Shown here: positions 9,236-19,957 of the stretch, in pieces
Layout: each line of letters begins with the position of its first letter
Numbering within the stretch: the stretch's first letter is position 1
Assembly: GCA_016176285.1 (NCBI GenBank)
Contig: JACOXM010000002.1
Span: forward strand, 10,917-74,916
Direction of reading: 5' to 3'
Source: Candidatus Giovannonibacteria bacterium
Lineage (GTDB): Bacteria; Patescibacteriota; Minisyncoccia; JACPKW01; UBA11713
Length of the DNA stretch: 64,000 nt
Made by a program: the position numbers and the translations under genes
The notes under the pieces: model-generated
Database searches by the model: none
Seen by the model: only the letters and a program-made list of their open reading frames with translations
What the model was told of the DNA's origin: nothing

Positions 9236-10138
9236 ATGTCGTTAAAAATAGGAATCGTAGGCCTGCCAAATGTCGGAAAATCAACCCTTTTTCAGGCGCT
9301 CACAAAAAAAGAGGTAGATAGGTCTAATTACCCATTCGCCACAATAGACCCGAATGTCGGAGTAGTCGAAGTTCCGGATTCGAGGCTCGAAAAACTTGCC
9401 GAGCTTTCGCACTCAAAAAAAGTAGTTCGGGCGGTAGTTGAATTCGTGGATATAGCCGGGCTTGTAAAAGGGGCGTCCCAGGGAGAAGGGCTTGGCAATA
9501 AATTTTTGGCGCACATAAGGGAAGTTGACGCGATCCTGGAAGTCGTTCGCGCGTTTGAAGACGAAAAAGTAATACACGTCAACGGCAAACCTAATCCGGC
9601 ATCGGATATTGAAACCATCCAAATAGAACTAGAACTGAAAGACCTTGAAACTAAGGAAAAAGCAAAAGATATATCCCAACTGCAGTTACTTTCCTCGAAA
9701 CCTATTCTATATGCCTTCAACACCTCGGATAAAGATAACGCGAAAATTCCCGATATTCCAAATTCTGTATCCTTGGACATAAAAAAAGAATTTGAAATAA
9801 GCGAACTTGATGAAAGCGACAGAAAAGAATTAAATTTGGCTTCCCGCCTGCCGGAATTGATACAAAAGGCCTACGAAATTTTAGGATTGATAACTTTTTT
9901 TACTACCGGAGAGGATGAATCGAGAGCATGGACCATACCCAAAGATTCTAAAGCCCCGAGGGCCGGCCGCGCCATACACGCAGATTTTGAAAATAAATTC
10001 ATCAGAGCGGAGGTTATCTCGTACGAAAAATTCCTGGAAGCAGGCACTTGGTCTAAGGCCCGTGAGATGGGACTGTTAAGGACAGAAGGAAAAGAATACA
10101 TCGTTAAAGATGGCGACATAATTGAATTTAAAATTTAA
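9236..10138 (+). CDS. ychF: Redox-regulated ATPase YchF (helical domain shortened)
   Basis: GIVGLPNVGKST, DIAGLVKGAS, TGS end EGKEYIVKDGD. Confidence 0.95.
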   Translation: MSLKIGIVGLPNVGKSTLFQALTKKEVDRSNYPFATIDPNVGVVEVPDSRLEKLAELSHSKKVVRAVVEFVDIAGLVKGASQGEGLGNKFLAHIREVDAILEVVRAFEDEKVIHVNGKPNPASDIETIQIELELKDLETKEKAKDISQLQLLSSKPILYAFNTSDKDNAKIPDIPNSVSLDIKKEFEISELDESDRKELNLASRLPELIQKAYEILGLITFFTTGEDESRAWTIPKDSKAPRAGRAIHADFENKFIRAEVISYEKFLEAGTWSKAREMGLLRTEGKEYIVKDGDIIEFKI

Positions 10139-10156
10139 TTTTGCTATACTTCTCCC

Positions 10157-10561
10157 ATGAATTCTGAACCAAAATTATACGAAATTTCCCTGATTTTAAA
10201 GAGCGACGCCGACGAATCTACGGGAAAAGTCTTAGAAAACATAAAAAAAACTTTAGAGACTAAAAACGGCAGAAGCGCCGATGAATCAAGGCTCACAAAG
10301 AAACGGCTTGCGTACCCAATAAATAAATGGACAGAGGGTTCTTTTATCAGCATGAAATTCTTTCTTAAACCGGAGGATCTTTTGGATTTCAGTTCTGTAT
10401 TAAACGCTGATAAGGAAATAATCCGTTATATGATAGCTTCACCCACCCCCCAAAAAGATCACAGGGGAACAGGCAAAAAAATAAAGCGGGTATCAGCAGA
10501 AAAGAAAAACGCAGACATGAAGGAAATTGATAAGAAACTTGAGGAAATACTGGGCCAATAG
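10157..10561 (+). CDS. rpsF: 30S ribosomal protein S6
   Basis: YE..ILK, KRLAYPI, IIRYMI; upstream of ssb. Confidence 0.88.
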   Translation: MNSEPKLYEISLILKSDADESTGKVLENIKKTLETKNGRSADESRLTKKRLAYPINKWTEGSFISMKFFLKPEDLLDFSSVLNADKEIIRYMIASPTPQKDHRGTGKKIKRVSAEKKNADMKEIDKKLEEILGQ

Positions 10562-10573
10562 TATAATTTCTAC

Positions 10574-11023
10574 ATGAATCTCAATAAGGTGCTATTGATC
10601 GGAAATCTTACGCGCGACCCGGAAATGAGGGCGCTCCCCTCCGGCCAGAACGTCGCCACATTTGGAATCGCTACAAACAGAGTCTTCAATCGGGCAGGAA
10701 AACAGGAAAAACAGGCCGAATTCCACAATATCGTTGCCTTCGGAAGGCTCGCGGAGATATCCTCGCAATACTTATCGAGAGGTAAAATGGTTTTTATAGA
10801 AGGGCGAATACAGACAAGGAATTGGGAAGCAAAAGACGGGACAAAAAGAAACCGCACGGAAATAGTCGCGGAAAAAATGCAGATGGGCCCCCGAACGGGC
10901 GGATTTGAGAAGCCAGCCGATAGAGAACCCGCCGCAAATCCTCCAGACAAACAGGCAGATAAGGAGGAAGTCGAGACAATAGACTATTCAGAAGACATAA
11001 ATCCAGACGAAATTCCTTTTTAG
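10574..11023 (+). CDS. ssb: Single-stranded DNA-binding protein
   Basis: NKVLLIGNLTRDPE, C-terminal DEIPF. Confidence 0.97.
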   Translation: MNLNKVLLIGNLTRDPEMRALPSGQNVATFGIATNRVFNRAGKQEKQAEFHNIVAFGRLAEISSQYLSRGKMVFIEGRIQTRNWEAKDGTKRNRTEIVAEKMQMGPRTGGFEKPADREPAANPPDKQADKEEVETIDYSEDINPDEIPF

Positions 11024-11027
11024 TAAA

Positions 11028-11642
11028 ATGAAAAATAAATTTCTGACTTCTAATCCAAGGGTTGTTTCTTTTGTATCAAATTGGTTTCACCACATGATCA
11101 TGCGAAGGGTGAAGCACGGAAAATGGCTCGGCAAACCTATTGTAAAATTTCCGGAAGACTTGATGGTGTTGCAGGAAATTATATGGGAGACCAGACCAGA
11201 TACTATTATCGAATGCGGAACAAAATACGGCGGATCTGCTTTGTTAATGGCCTCTATTCTTGACCAAATCAGCAAGGGTAAAATAATAACTATTGATAAT
11301 AAAAACAGAGGAGAATTAAAGCATCCCCGGATTAACTATATTACGGGTAACAGCTTAGAGCAGGACATCAGGCCGGATGGCGAGACTATGGTTGTCTTGG
11401 ATTCTGACCACAGCTACACGCACGTTTTACATGAATTGGAAAAATACGCGCCAATGGTTACCAAAGGACAGTATCTGATTGTAGAGGACACTACTTATTC
11501 AAGCCAATATGAAGGGGGTGGGCCAGCTAAGGCCGTGAGCGAATTTCTAAAAAATCACAAAGAATTCGAAATTGATCGGAATCGCGAGAAATTTTTGATT
11601 ACCATGAACAGGGGTGGATATTTAAAAAGGCTTAATATATAA
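11028..11642 (+). CDS. CmcI/cephalosporin-hydroxylase-family SAM methyltransferase
   Basis: WLG..K.PEDL..QEIIWE.RPD.IIECGT..GGS, LDSDHS, VEDT, GGP. Confidence 0.85.
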   Translation: MKNKFLTSNPRVVSFVSNWFHHMIMRRVKHGKWLGKPIVKFPEDLMVLQEIIWETRPDTIIECGTKYGGSALLMASILDQISKGKIITIDNKNRGELKHPRINYITGNSLEQDIRPDGETMVVLDSDHSYTHVLHELEKYAPMVTKGQYLIVEDTTYSSQYEGGGPAKAVSEFLKNHKEFEIDRNREKFLITMNRGGYLKRLNI

Positions 11643-11650
11643 TTCGTTTC

Positions 11651-11854
11651 ATGGAAAAACAGTGTTATTTTTGCACATCCAATATAAAAAGCGTAGACCA
11701 CAAAGACGTTGAAAGCTTAAAGCGCTTTTTGGACCCTCAATTTAGAATCGTCCCAAAAAGGCGTTCCGGGCTTTGCTCGCTCCACCAAAGGAACCTAGCA
11801 AGAGCTGTAAAAAGGGCGAGAGTAATGGCAATGCTGCCCTTTGTCGTAAGGTAA
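11651..11854 (+). CDS. rpsR: 30S ribosomal protein S18 (Zn-binding type)
   Basis: CYFC..DHKDV..LKRF..C..HQR.LA.AVKRAR. Confidence 0.95.
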   Translation: MEKQCYFCTSNIKSVDHKDVESLKRFLDPQFRIVPKRRSGLCSLHQRNLARAVKRARVMAMLPFVVR

Positions 11855-11857
11855 TAT

Positions 11858-12532
11858 CTACCCGGTCCACTCTTTTAGGATAGCTTTTAAATGTTCGGAG
11901 CTGCCCGGGTTTTTTGTGATACCTTCTTCCAAAATAGATTTAGCCCTAACATCATCTTTCAATTTAAAGCGGTATAACTCGTATAGTTTTTGATATAGAA
12001 TGCCCGCTCCGTCATCCACTTTTATGCCCATCTTGTAATTCGCTTCGGCTTTTTTGTAGTCGTTCAGATTATATGTATATAGATCGCCTAAATTGTTGTA
12101 TGGCACGTAATAATTCGGTTTTAAATAACTTGCGTATTCCCAGGCCTCCTTGGCGCCCATAAAGTCCCCTATGAACTTTCTCTGGAGACCTAGATCCACC
12201 CAAAGATCATCTATGCTGGGATCTTGTCTTAATTTATTAGTAATCGTTTCGATTTTGGTAAGCGCCATTTTTTTGGAGTCCTCTGAAAGTTCTGCCCTAA
12301 TCTCAACGGGAAACGGAAGGGCAGGAACGGCTTTTTTAACTACGCTTGGAGTGGGACTTGGTTTATTTTGATTTGATGGCGTTGGTGTCGGGGTTGGCGT
12401 CGGGCCAACGGAAATATTTTCCCCGGGTTTATTAATTTTTCCTATATCTTTCCAGATATAATAAGCACCCCCTAATACGGCTATGGCAATTATAACCGCC
12501 CAAATATAAATGGTTTTATTGTCGCGAATCAT
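11858..12532 (-). CDS. Membrane-anchored TPR protein with PT linker
   Basis: N-terminal TM, PTPTPT, TPR-like YNNLGDLY..KAEANY. Confidence 0.7.
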   Translation of the reverse strand: MIRDNKTIYIWAVIIAIAVLGGAYYIWKDIGKINKPGENISVGPTPTPTPTPSNQNKPSPTPSVVKKAVPALPFPVEIRAELSEDSKKMALTKIETITNKLRQDPSIDDLWVDLGLQRKFIGDFMGAKEAWEYASYLKPNYYVPYNNLGDLYTYNLNDYKKAEANYKMGIKVDDGAGILYQKLYELYRFKLKDDVRAKSILEEGITKNPGSSEHLKAILKEWTG

Positions 12533-12565
12533 AGGAAAATTATATAGAATTTCACCCCTAAAAAC

Positions 12566-12597
12566 AATCCAGCCCCGGCATATGCCGGGGCTGGATT
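12566..12597 (-). terminator. Perfect 32-bp palindrome, probable terminator of the surface-protein gene
   Basis: AATCCAGCCCCGGCAT|ATGCCGGGGCTGGATT. Confidence 0.7.
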
Positions 12598-12632
12598 TGA
12601 GTGACTTGCGTCACCTAGAAACTTCAATCCCT

Positions 12633-15600
12633 TTAGTTAGGAGATGTGAGAGTTTCTGAGGTCATGTTGTTGGTCGGTAGACCAGGCAACTGATAGCCGT
12701 TGGTGTAGTCGAAGTCTGCAACAGTGTTCTGGGTTGTCGTAGAAATCGGCGACCAGATGAAGTCGTTGTTGGTAATGTTGTCGATACCAGTTACCTGGGT
12801 TTCAATAACATTTCCAGACTGACCCATTTCACCACCATAAGTCAAGGCTGCACCTTTTCCTGTTATTGCTGACTGATGTCCTGCCGGGAAAGCGGCATCA
12901 CCCTCAAGTTGGACCGAGAACGATTCCTGACCGGAAACATTCTCTACTGAGCCGACAGTAGCGGCGAATCTGAAGTATCTTGTCTGTCCGGAAGGCACAA
13001 CGTAAGTCGTTGTAGCGTTAGCCGTGTTACAAGCGGTAGCATTTTTGTCCATGAAGATCTCTACAGGCGCGCTGGAATTCGGGTTAACGTCAGTTCCGAT
13101 TCTTTCGCCTACATTGTCCGTAACATTCGGCTTGACTCTCGCACATTGCGATGCGTTCAAGAGACCATCAGAGCTGAATGTTGTATCAGCCTGTGAGAAT
13201 CCTGAATCAGTAAACGCATATAGCGAGAAGAGCGATGTGGTCGCACCGGCTTGGCCAGCAGGAGCAGTTGAAGAGCTCACTAGGAAGCTAAGCTTGAATA
13301 GAGCGACATCGCCACCTACATAACCGAGAACTTGTAGAGAGTCTTGTCAGCCGTTGTACCTGCGGTCAAGGTCTTTTCCGTGGATGATAACGTAATGTGT
13401 GCAAGTTCTGGATACGCTCTGAAGATTCTAACTCCGGAAGAACTTGTGTCTGTCGCGCTCGGGCTTATGTTTGAGCCTGAAGCAACGCCTACACCGTAGT
13501 TTCCGTTAATTCCAACGTTCTGTCCGTCGTAATCCACTTTCAGGAAATCACCGGACTTGTTGTTATCACAAGAGTTACAAATATTCGAGATATCTCCTTT
13601 TACAACCACTACTTTCGAACTGTCTTTAGTAATTCTGAATGTTCCGGAAGCAATTGCTGAAGATGTAGCAAAGTCTTCCTGGGCTGTCGTGAATTCGGCT
13701 GTTCCAAGTGATACGCCGTCGGTTGTCCATAGTGTAACGCGCCTGCCCACAAGGTCATTTGCCGTGTTTGAAGCAGTGCCAGTAAGTTGAAGGGCTACTT
13801 GCCTCAAATCAACATCTTCGTTAGCCGCAGAGAATCTAATTCTCGCGAGCTCAACGTTCGTGGCTCCTGCATTTACAACTTTGTATCCTGGGCTGTTTGC
13901 ATCCAATACAGCGGTTAATGTCCCGCCGGAAGATGCGGCCATGATCTGACCATTTGCCTCTGTCAAAGTTTCAACAATAGTCTGTCCGGAAGTTACACCA
14001 GTGGCGCCGGTAAATGCAGCCTGCTGACCGTTGTCCAGACCCCAGAGGTATGCACCAGTGGATCCGGAACGAACATTACATTTCAAGCTTAATGTCTTTG
14101 CTGTTCCTTTCGTTAAGGTCAAGCCAGTTCCATCAAACGTAAATGTAGTTGAAGAAGATTCAGCTGTCGGGTCAACTATATTCGAAGAATTGACTACAAC
14201 GGGCCCGTCGTAAAGTTTACAACCAGTTAAGTCATTGGCTGCTCCAGTTGTCGGGGCATGTGCAACACCATAAGCCAATGGGATAGTAGTAATTCTGACA
14301 TCCTCACCGGAAGCTGTTGCGTCAAATGTGTATCTGGCGAATTCGAATTGAGATGAGCCAGCAATAACGCTTTGCGCTATCGGTACGGACTGAACGCTAA
14401 CCGATAAGGCTCCTGATTTAACTGTCATTCTCGGTAAGTTTAGAGCCGAAGATGGGCTTGGAGTAATAGTATTTGATGTCGTCAAGCCTCTTACTGTCCC
14501 CCACCCTGATGGAGTGGTTGAAGCAGCAATTGTTGTACCGCCATCAATATCCGATCCTATTTTTGCTTTAAGTGTGTACGTGTGTGCTCCTGTCGGGAAT
14601 GTAATGGTGTCAGTGAATGGAATTGTTCCTTCATTTCCGCTGCTGTCAGTAGCTGAACCATCTACCGGTCCCGCAACCACTGTTCCTGTTTCATCCACCA
14701 GTATGGCATTCGTAATATCGTCAACATCGTCGTTTGCTCCCTCTCCAACCAATGAAACCTGGAAGGTTATGCTGGCAACTGAGATTGGTTCTCCCTTTAC
14801 GTCAACCGAAAGTGCTCCTAACGGCTGGCTCAAAAGATTAACTCCAATGTTTTGCGCGGCAACCGCAGTGGCGACTGAAACGTTCATAGTTCCAGTGTTT
14901 ACGGTTACTTGTGCCGCATCGTAGTAGTAGTCATCCGCATTGTTGAAGGCGGCTCCATCGGCAGAGGCGGCAGAACCAGCTAGAGGAGGAATAATTCCGA
15001 AGCCCCAGTTTGGTCCGCTAGCGCCCTTGCTAATTTCAGCCCCGTAAAGGCCGATATCAGTTCTCTTCGCGATGTCGAAGTCAACAGTTCTTGAAGAACC
15101 CCCGACGATATCACCTTTAATGGAAATATCTACGGAGAATCCTTTGTCAACTAGGATTCCGTTTCCTGGGAATGTTGATGTGTAATATTTACCGTCTGAA
15201 CTGACCACCGTGTCGTAAGCGGTTCCGTCAACGTAAGTTTTTACGTTGGCAAGGTCTGCAGTTCCGACAGAACCTGTCTGGTTCCAGCGAATACTTGATA
15301 GGTAAACTTTTTCAGCCGATCCGGCTGTGATTTTAACTGACGAGAAGGTATAGCCGGTAGTTCCAACATTCTTTGTCTGTGAAGCTCCCGGGTCCAATGA
15401 TCCTCTGGAAGTTGTTACAGATCCAATCGTTAGAGCGGCGTTTATTGTGTGCGCAGCTCCTGTTATCGGAAGTGATCCCGATACGGTTGCCGCCGTGTTT
15501 ATTCCAATTACGGAGAACGTCGCGACGTTTCCAGCGTCGTCAGCCAAGTTGGTCTTGGTGTCCATGTTGCCGCCAATCGTAAGCGTTCTTGTTTGACCAG

Positions 15601-16432
15601 CTTTTACGACAAACGGATCTCCAACTACCGCCTGGTGAGTGGAGTTCAAAGTCTTTGCGATTCCGATCTGCGTGCCATTTTCGTCTACAAGCGTTACTCC
15701 AATGAATGCGCCATCGGCAGCAGGTCCACCTCTTTCGACTGTGACCCCGTTTACGGTTATATCGCCATCATTAGAAGCAGTGAGTTTGAATACCGTGAAA
15801 GGTACTCTCGCCGCCGCTCCCGGGGCGATGTGATTAGCGGGCTGCGTTCCAGCGCTAATCATTAAGCCAGTGCCAACAATTGTTGGTGTTGGCGTAGCGC
15901 CGTCGGTCGGGATAGGTGTTGGTGTAGTTCCTCCTGATACAAGTGATACATATTTAGCTCTTGAAATTGGTCCGAAGTATCCAGCCGCAGGGGTAATTCC
16001 ATAATTTTGCTGCCATTTTCCAACGGCTGTTCTTGTCAATGGACCAAAGTAAGTTGTTTCATTTCCGGGGGAGCCAGCGCCGGAAGCAGCAACCGTGAAC
16101 CCCGAAGAGTTCAAATATTGCTGAAGGCATGTGACATCAGAACCGGTAGAACCAACTGTAAGACTTCTTGTGAAGTTGCAGTTTCCAGTCTGTGCTGGAG
16201 GCGTTGTGGTAGGCTGGCCACGCAATGACGCATTTACGTTATTGATAGTGGCTGCATCAGCTCCAAACGACTGAAGCAATTGAAGAATCGACTGGATTTG
16301 CGATTCCGATAAGGCGGCGTTTGCCACCAACGGAACAGTTAGTGAAGCTCCCGACAGAAATATTGCTGTCGAAAAGCTTAAGAAAGTCACGGCAATTTTA
16401 TTCGCCATGCCATTCTTTGTTCGAATACTCAT
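12633..16432 (-). CDS. Large S-layer-like cell-surface protein with peptidoglycan-binding domain, frameshifted near 13318
   Basis: Signal peptide, PG-binding repeat (FTRSLTVGS.GSDV..LQ..L, YFGPLT), Thr/Ser/Gly-rich beta domains; ...KFSV continues as VGGDVALFKLSF in another frame. Confidence 0.75.
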
Positions 16433-16459
16433 GATGATTCTTTTTTATTAATTAATTAA

Positions 16460-16513
16460 GCATAGATTTCTCGGATTCGACTCCACCTCATCGGCGGACC
16501 AAAAACTCCATGC
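16460..16513 (-). promoter_or_regulatory. Structured 5' leader element of the surface-protein gene
   Basis: GCATGGAGTTTTTGG pairs with CCGAGAAATCTATGC (14/15 counting GU), enclosing a TCCGCC/GGTGGA hairpin. Confidence 0.5.
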
Positions 16514-17076
16514 GTTAGTAAACAACTGATAAATTTATTCTAATCTTAGGAGCCAAGCCATATTCCTTTGCGATATCTCGAAAATTCGATATATCGAGCT
16601 GGATCGACCGGACTCGAGACTCCAGTTAATTACCAAGGGTTATATATTATTATCTGACACAATAAAACTTCTATTCGTGCAACAGTTGATATTCATATGT
16701 CAAAGTTCCATCTAAAAAAGCAAACCTCCCTAAACATCGGGGGATAAGCTCTGTTGTCTTTTTCATTATAGGTAAACATACCTAAAACACACAAGGGGCA
16801 AAGATAATTTCGTTTGTGGATAACAAACTTCTTACAATAAAACTATCTGGCAAATTCGTCAACGGATTGCCAATTTTTTTAATTTTATCTTTAATTATAA
16901 GAATTTTTAGACAATCAAATTGAAAAATTGTCATTAAATGGAAAAAATTTGCTAAAATTAGAAATTAATTGTGAAATTAATAAAGTTTTTTTTATTTAGA
17001 AAAAAATTGAAAAAATGGCTAATAAATGGTAAAAAAACGAGATAAACGCTAAAAAACGTTTATCATACAATAAAAT

Positions 17077-17150
17077 TGCCGGGTCGTCTAATGGTAGGAC
17101 GTCGCGCTCTGGACGCGAAAATCGGGGTTCGAGCCCCTGCCCGGCAGCCA
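17077..17150 (+). tRNA. tRNA-Gln(CTG)
   Basis: TGCCGGG/CCCGGCA-G-CCA, TCGCG-CT-CTG-GA-CGCGA, GGTTCGAGCC. Confidence 0.95.
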
Positions 17151-17252
17151 CATAAAGTGGATAATGTGACTTATCCTTGATATAATAATTAAGGATTGTA
17201 AAGGAGCCTTTTTAAAGGTCGTAACTAAGTTTCTAACTAACTTTAAATACAA

Positions 17253-17468
17253 ATGAAAGCACTGCACATGATCGCCTTCGTCTTGTTGGTGGTAGGCGGT
17301 TTAAACTGGTTGCTTGTGGCATTTAACTACAACCTTGTGGATATGATCTTCGGCAAAGGAAGCATAGTAGCGACTATCGTGTACGTTCTCGTCGGACTCT
17401 CCGCGATTTGGGAAGTGATAACGCATTCATCGAACTGCCGGGTCTGCGGAAAACAAGCAGCAATGTAG
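17253..17468 (+). CDS. DUF378-family small membrane protein
   Basis: LLVVGGLNW.L...NLV..IFG..IVYVLVGLSA. Confidence 0.88.
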   Translation: MKALHMIAFVLLVVGGLNWLLVAFNYNLVDMIFGKGSIVATIVYVLVGLSAIWEVITHSSNCRVCGKQAAM

Positions 17469-17473
17469 TAAAA

Positions 17474-17509
17474 AAGCAAAAAACCCCGCATTTGCGGGGT
17501 TTTTTGCTT
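17474..17509 (+). terminator. Intrinsic terminator
   Basis: AAGCAAAAAACCCCGCA-TT-TGCGGGGTTTTTTGCTT. Confidence 0.85.
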
Positions 17510-17531
17510 AAAAACAAGTTTTTATCTAAAT

Positions 17532-18149
17532 ATGGAAAGCCTAATCCCCCTTTTGCTTAAATATAAATATCTTATACTTTTTCCAATTGCAGCTTTTGAG
17601 GGCCCAGTCGTGGCTTTCACTGCCGGGTTCCTGGTCTCGCAAGGATATCTTAATTTTTTTATTACTTACGTAATACTGATATTTGGGGATATTATACCTG
17701 ATTCTACTTACTATTCCCTCGGCAGATTTGCCGAGGGAAATGCTTTTGCCAGTAAATATGCCCGTAAAATTGGGCTTACGCCAAGACGGCTTGAAGCAAT
17801 GAAAAAGCTTTGGCACAAACACACCGCAAAGACTATGATCATTACCAAGCTCGCATACGGGCTAAGCACTCCCCTTTTAATCGCTTCCGGTTACGCGAAA
17901 ATTCCTTTCAAAAAATTTATAACTTATTCGACATTGCAAAGCCTTGTCCAATACGCCATTTTTTTATTCCTGGGCTTTTATTTCGGGAATTCGTATGATC
18001 TTATTTTTAAATATTTTAACAACGTCCAAATGATCGTTGCGGCGGCAGTTATTATCTTTGCCATTATTTACTACGCAGGCACCATTACCTTGAAAAAAGT
18101 TATCGCCAAAAAAGAGAAACTAAACAATGAAAATAGCGATTTGCACTGA
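17532..18149 (+). CDS. DedA/VTT family membrane protein
   Basis: FEGP..AGFL..GD...Y.LGR pattern. Confidence 0.85.
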   Translation: MESLIPLLLKYKYLILFPIAAFEGPVVAFTAGFLVSQGYLNFFITYVILIFGDIIPDSTYYSLGRFAEGNAFASKYARKIGLTPRRLEAMKKLWHKHTAKTMIITKLAYGLSTPLLIASGYAKIPFKKFITYSTLQSLVQYAIFLFLGFYFGNSYDLIFKYFNNVQMIVAAAVIIFAIIYYAGTITLKKVIAKKEKLNNENSDLH

Positions 18150-19281
18150 TATTTATCTTCCCCAGCTAAGCGGGGTGGCAGATTCAATATACATTCTGTC
18201 TGGGAATCTCAAGAAAAATGGTCACGAGGTGAGAATTTACGCGCCGAATCTAAAAAATGCTGAAAAAGATCCGGATATTTTTAGAGTTCCTTCTTTTTCC
18301 GTTCCTGGCTCTCAAAACAGTCTTTTATTCGCCTTCCCGTTCGGTATGGAGAAAGATTTGGAATTATTCACACCGGATATACTGCATATCCACACGTTTT
18401 CCACAATAGGAATTAAAGCAGTCAAAATCGCAAAAAAACTCAATAAGCCCATACTGGGAACGGATCATACCTTCCCGGCAGATTTTCTCCCGTACATAAA
18501 AATGGATTTCAATTTTTTGCGGACTTATGTCAAAAAAATTGCATCGAAGCACTATAATAACGCCGAGCTAGTAACTGCGCCGAGCCAAAGTATGCTCGAT
18601 GAATTGATAGAATTCGGACTAACAAAGCCAACCCGAGTTATATCTAACGCAATAGACTCAAATTTCTTCAGACCCCCCGATAATAAAAATGAAACGGGCA
18701 AGACAATTATAGTTTTTGGGAGATTGGCGCCAGAAAAAAATCTCAATACAGCTATGGATGCTTATTTGGAAATAATTAAATCTCATCCGGACGCCAAACT
18801 GGTATTTATAGGCGAAGGCCCATACAGAAAAGAGCTTGAGAAAAAAATTAAACAGCTCGGACTCGAAAATAAAATCAAATTACTCGGAGCACTCCAAGGA
18901 GACAGGCTGGTCAAGGCTGTAAATTCTGGTGATATCCTCCTTATTACCAGCACCTCCGACACGCAATCCATGACAACGCTTCAAGCAATGGCCTGTGAAT
19001 TGCCGGTAGTAGCGGCCCGAGCGGGAGGACTCCCCGAGTATGTGGAAAACGATGTAACGGGATTTCTAGTTGAACCAAAGAATATAGCGGGGTTTGCTCA
19101 AAAAATAGTACTTCTCCTAGAAAACCCAAATTTGCGCAAAAAATTAGGCGAAGAAGGGAGAAAGAAGGTTTTGCAATATTCGCCCGAAAATATAACAAAA
19201 AAGTTCGAAGAAGCATATAATGAAGCTATAAACATTTTTATAAAGAGACATGAAAATAAGCCTTATAATACCGGCTCATAA
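18127..19281 (+). CDS. GT4 glycosyltransferase (diacylglycerol glucosyltransferase-like)
   Basis: MKIAI.TD.YLPQ.SGV, GRLAPEKN, AMACELPVV. Confidence 0.88.
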   Translation: MKIAICTDIYLPQLSGVADSIYILSGNLKKNGHEVRIYAPNLKNAEKDPDIFRVPSFSVPGSQNSLLFAFPFGMEKDLELFTPDILHIHTFSTIGIKAVKIAKKLNKPILGTDHTFPADFLPYIKMDFNFLRTYVKKIASKHYNNAELVTAPSQSMLDELIEFGLTKPTRVISNAIDSNFFRPPDNKNETGKTIIVFGRLAPEKNLNTAMDAYLEIIKSHPDAKLVFIGEGPYRKELEKKIKQLGLENKIKLLGALQGDRLVKAVNSGDILLITSTSDTQSMTTLQAMACELPVVAARAGGLPEYVENDVTGFLVEPKNIAGFAQKIVLLLENPNLRKKLGEEGRKKVLQYSPENITKKFEEAYNEAINIFIKRHENKPYNTGS

Positions 19282-19957
19282 CGAAGAGGGATACCTGGAG
19301 AATTGCCTCGAGGGCGCGATTCGGAATATGGAGGACCTTTTCGAAATAATCGTGGTTGATAATGCCAGTACGGATAAAACCGCAGAGGTCGCAAGAAAAT
19401 TCCCTGGAGTTAAAGTCGTACACGAAGCTTCCAAGGGTCTAACCAAGGCGCGGCAAAGAGGATTTTTGGAAGCGAGAGGAGAAATATTGGCCTACGTAGA
19501 TGCCGATACAAAAATGCCGTTGGGGTGGGCGAAAAGAGTGCGGGAAATGTTTGAAAAAGATTCAAAAATTGTCTGTGTTAGCGGGCCGTATAAATATTAT
19601 GATCTTTCGGCAATTGGGAATTTTCTGGTCTGGTTTTATTGGCATCTGGGCATGATTGCCTATTTTTTCACCGGATACATGGTAGTGGGAGGAAATTTCG
19701 CCGCCAGGAAGGACGCGCTTCAAAAAATTGGCGGCTTCGACTTAAATGTAAGTTTTTACGGAGAGGACACTAATATCGCGAGGAGGCTACACAAAGTCGG
19801 AAAAGTTAAATTCAAAAAAAGCCTTTTTATACCGACCTCCGCAAGAAGGTTTCATGGAGAAGGGATTATCGTGACCGCCGCAAGGTATATCCTTAATTTC
19901 GGATCCGAGGTCCTCATTAAAAGGCCACTAACTAAAAAATATCGTGACATACGCTAG
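19250..19957 (+). CDS. GT2 glycosyltransferase
   Basis: IIPAHNEE, VVDNAS.D, DAD, GEDT. Confidence 0.9.
   Translation: MKISLIIPAHNEEGYLENCLEGAIRNMEDLFEIIVVDNASTDKTAEVARKFPGVKVVHEASKGLTKARQRGFLEARGEILAYVDADTKMPLGWAKRVREMFEKDSKIVCVSGPYKYYDLSAIGNFLVWFYWHLGMIAYFFTGYMVVGGNFAARKDALQKIGGFDLNVSFYGEDTNIARRLHKVGKVKFKKSLFIPTSARRFHGEGIIVTAARYILNFGSEVLIKRPLTKKYRDIR

Noticed and set aside
12350-12410. PT repeats as a phase-variable tandem repeat
   Set aside because: Codons vary; ordinary linker
16700-17070. oriC candidate (AT-rich, TGTGGATAA at 16815-16823)
   Set aside because: Only one perfect DnaA box, no dnaA/dnaN nearby; skew cannot be computed here
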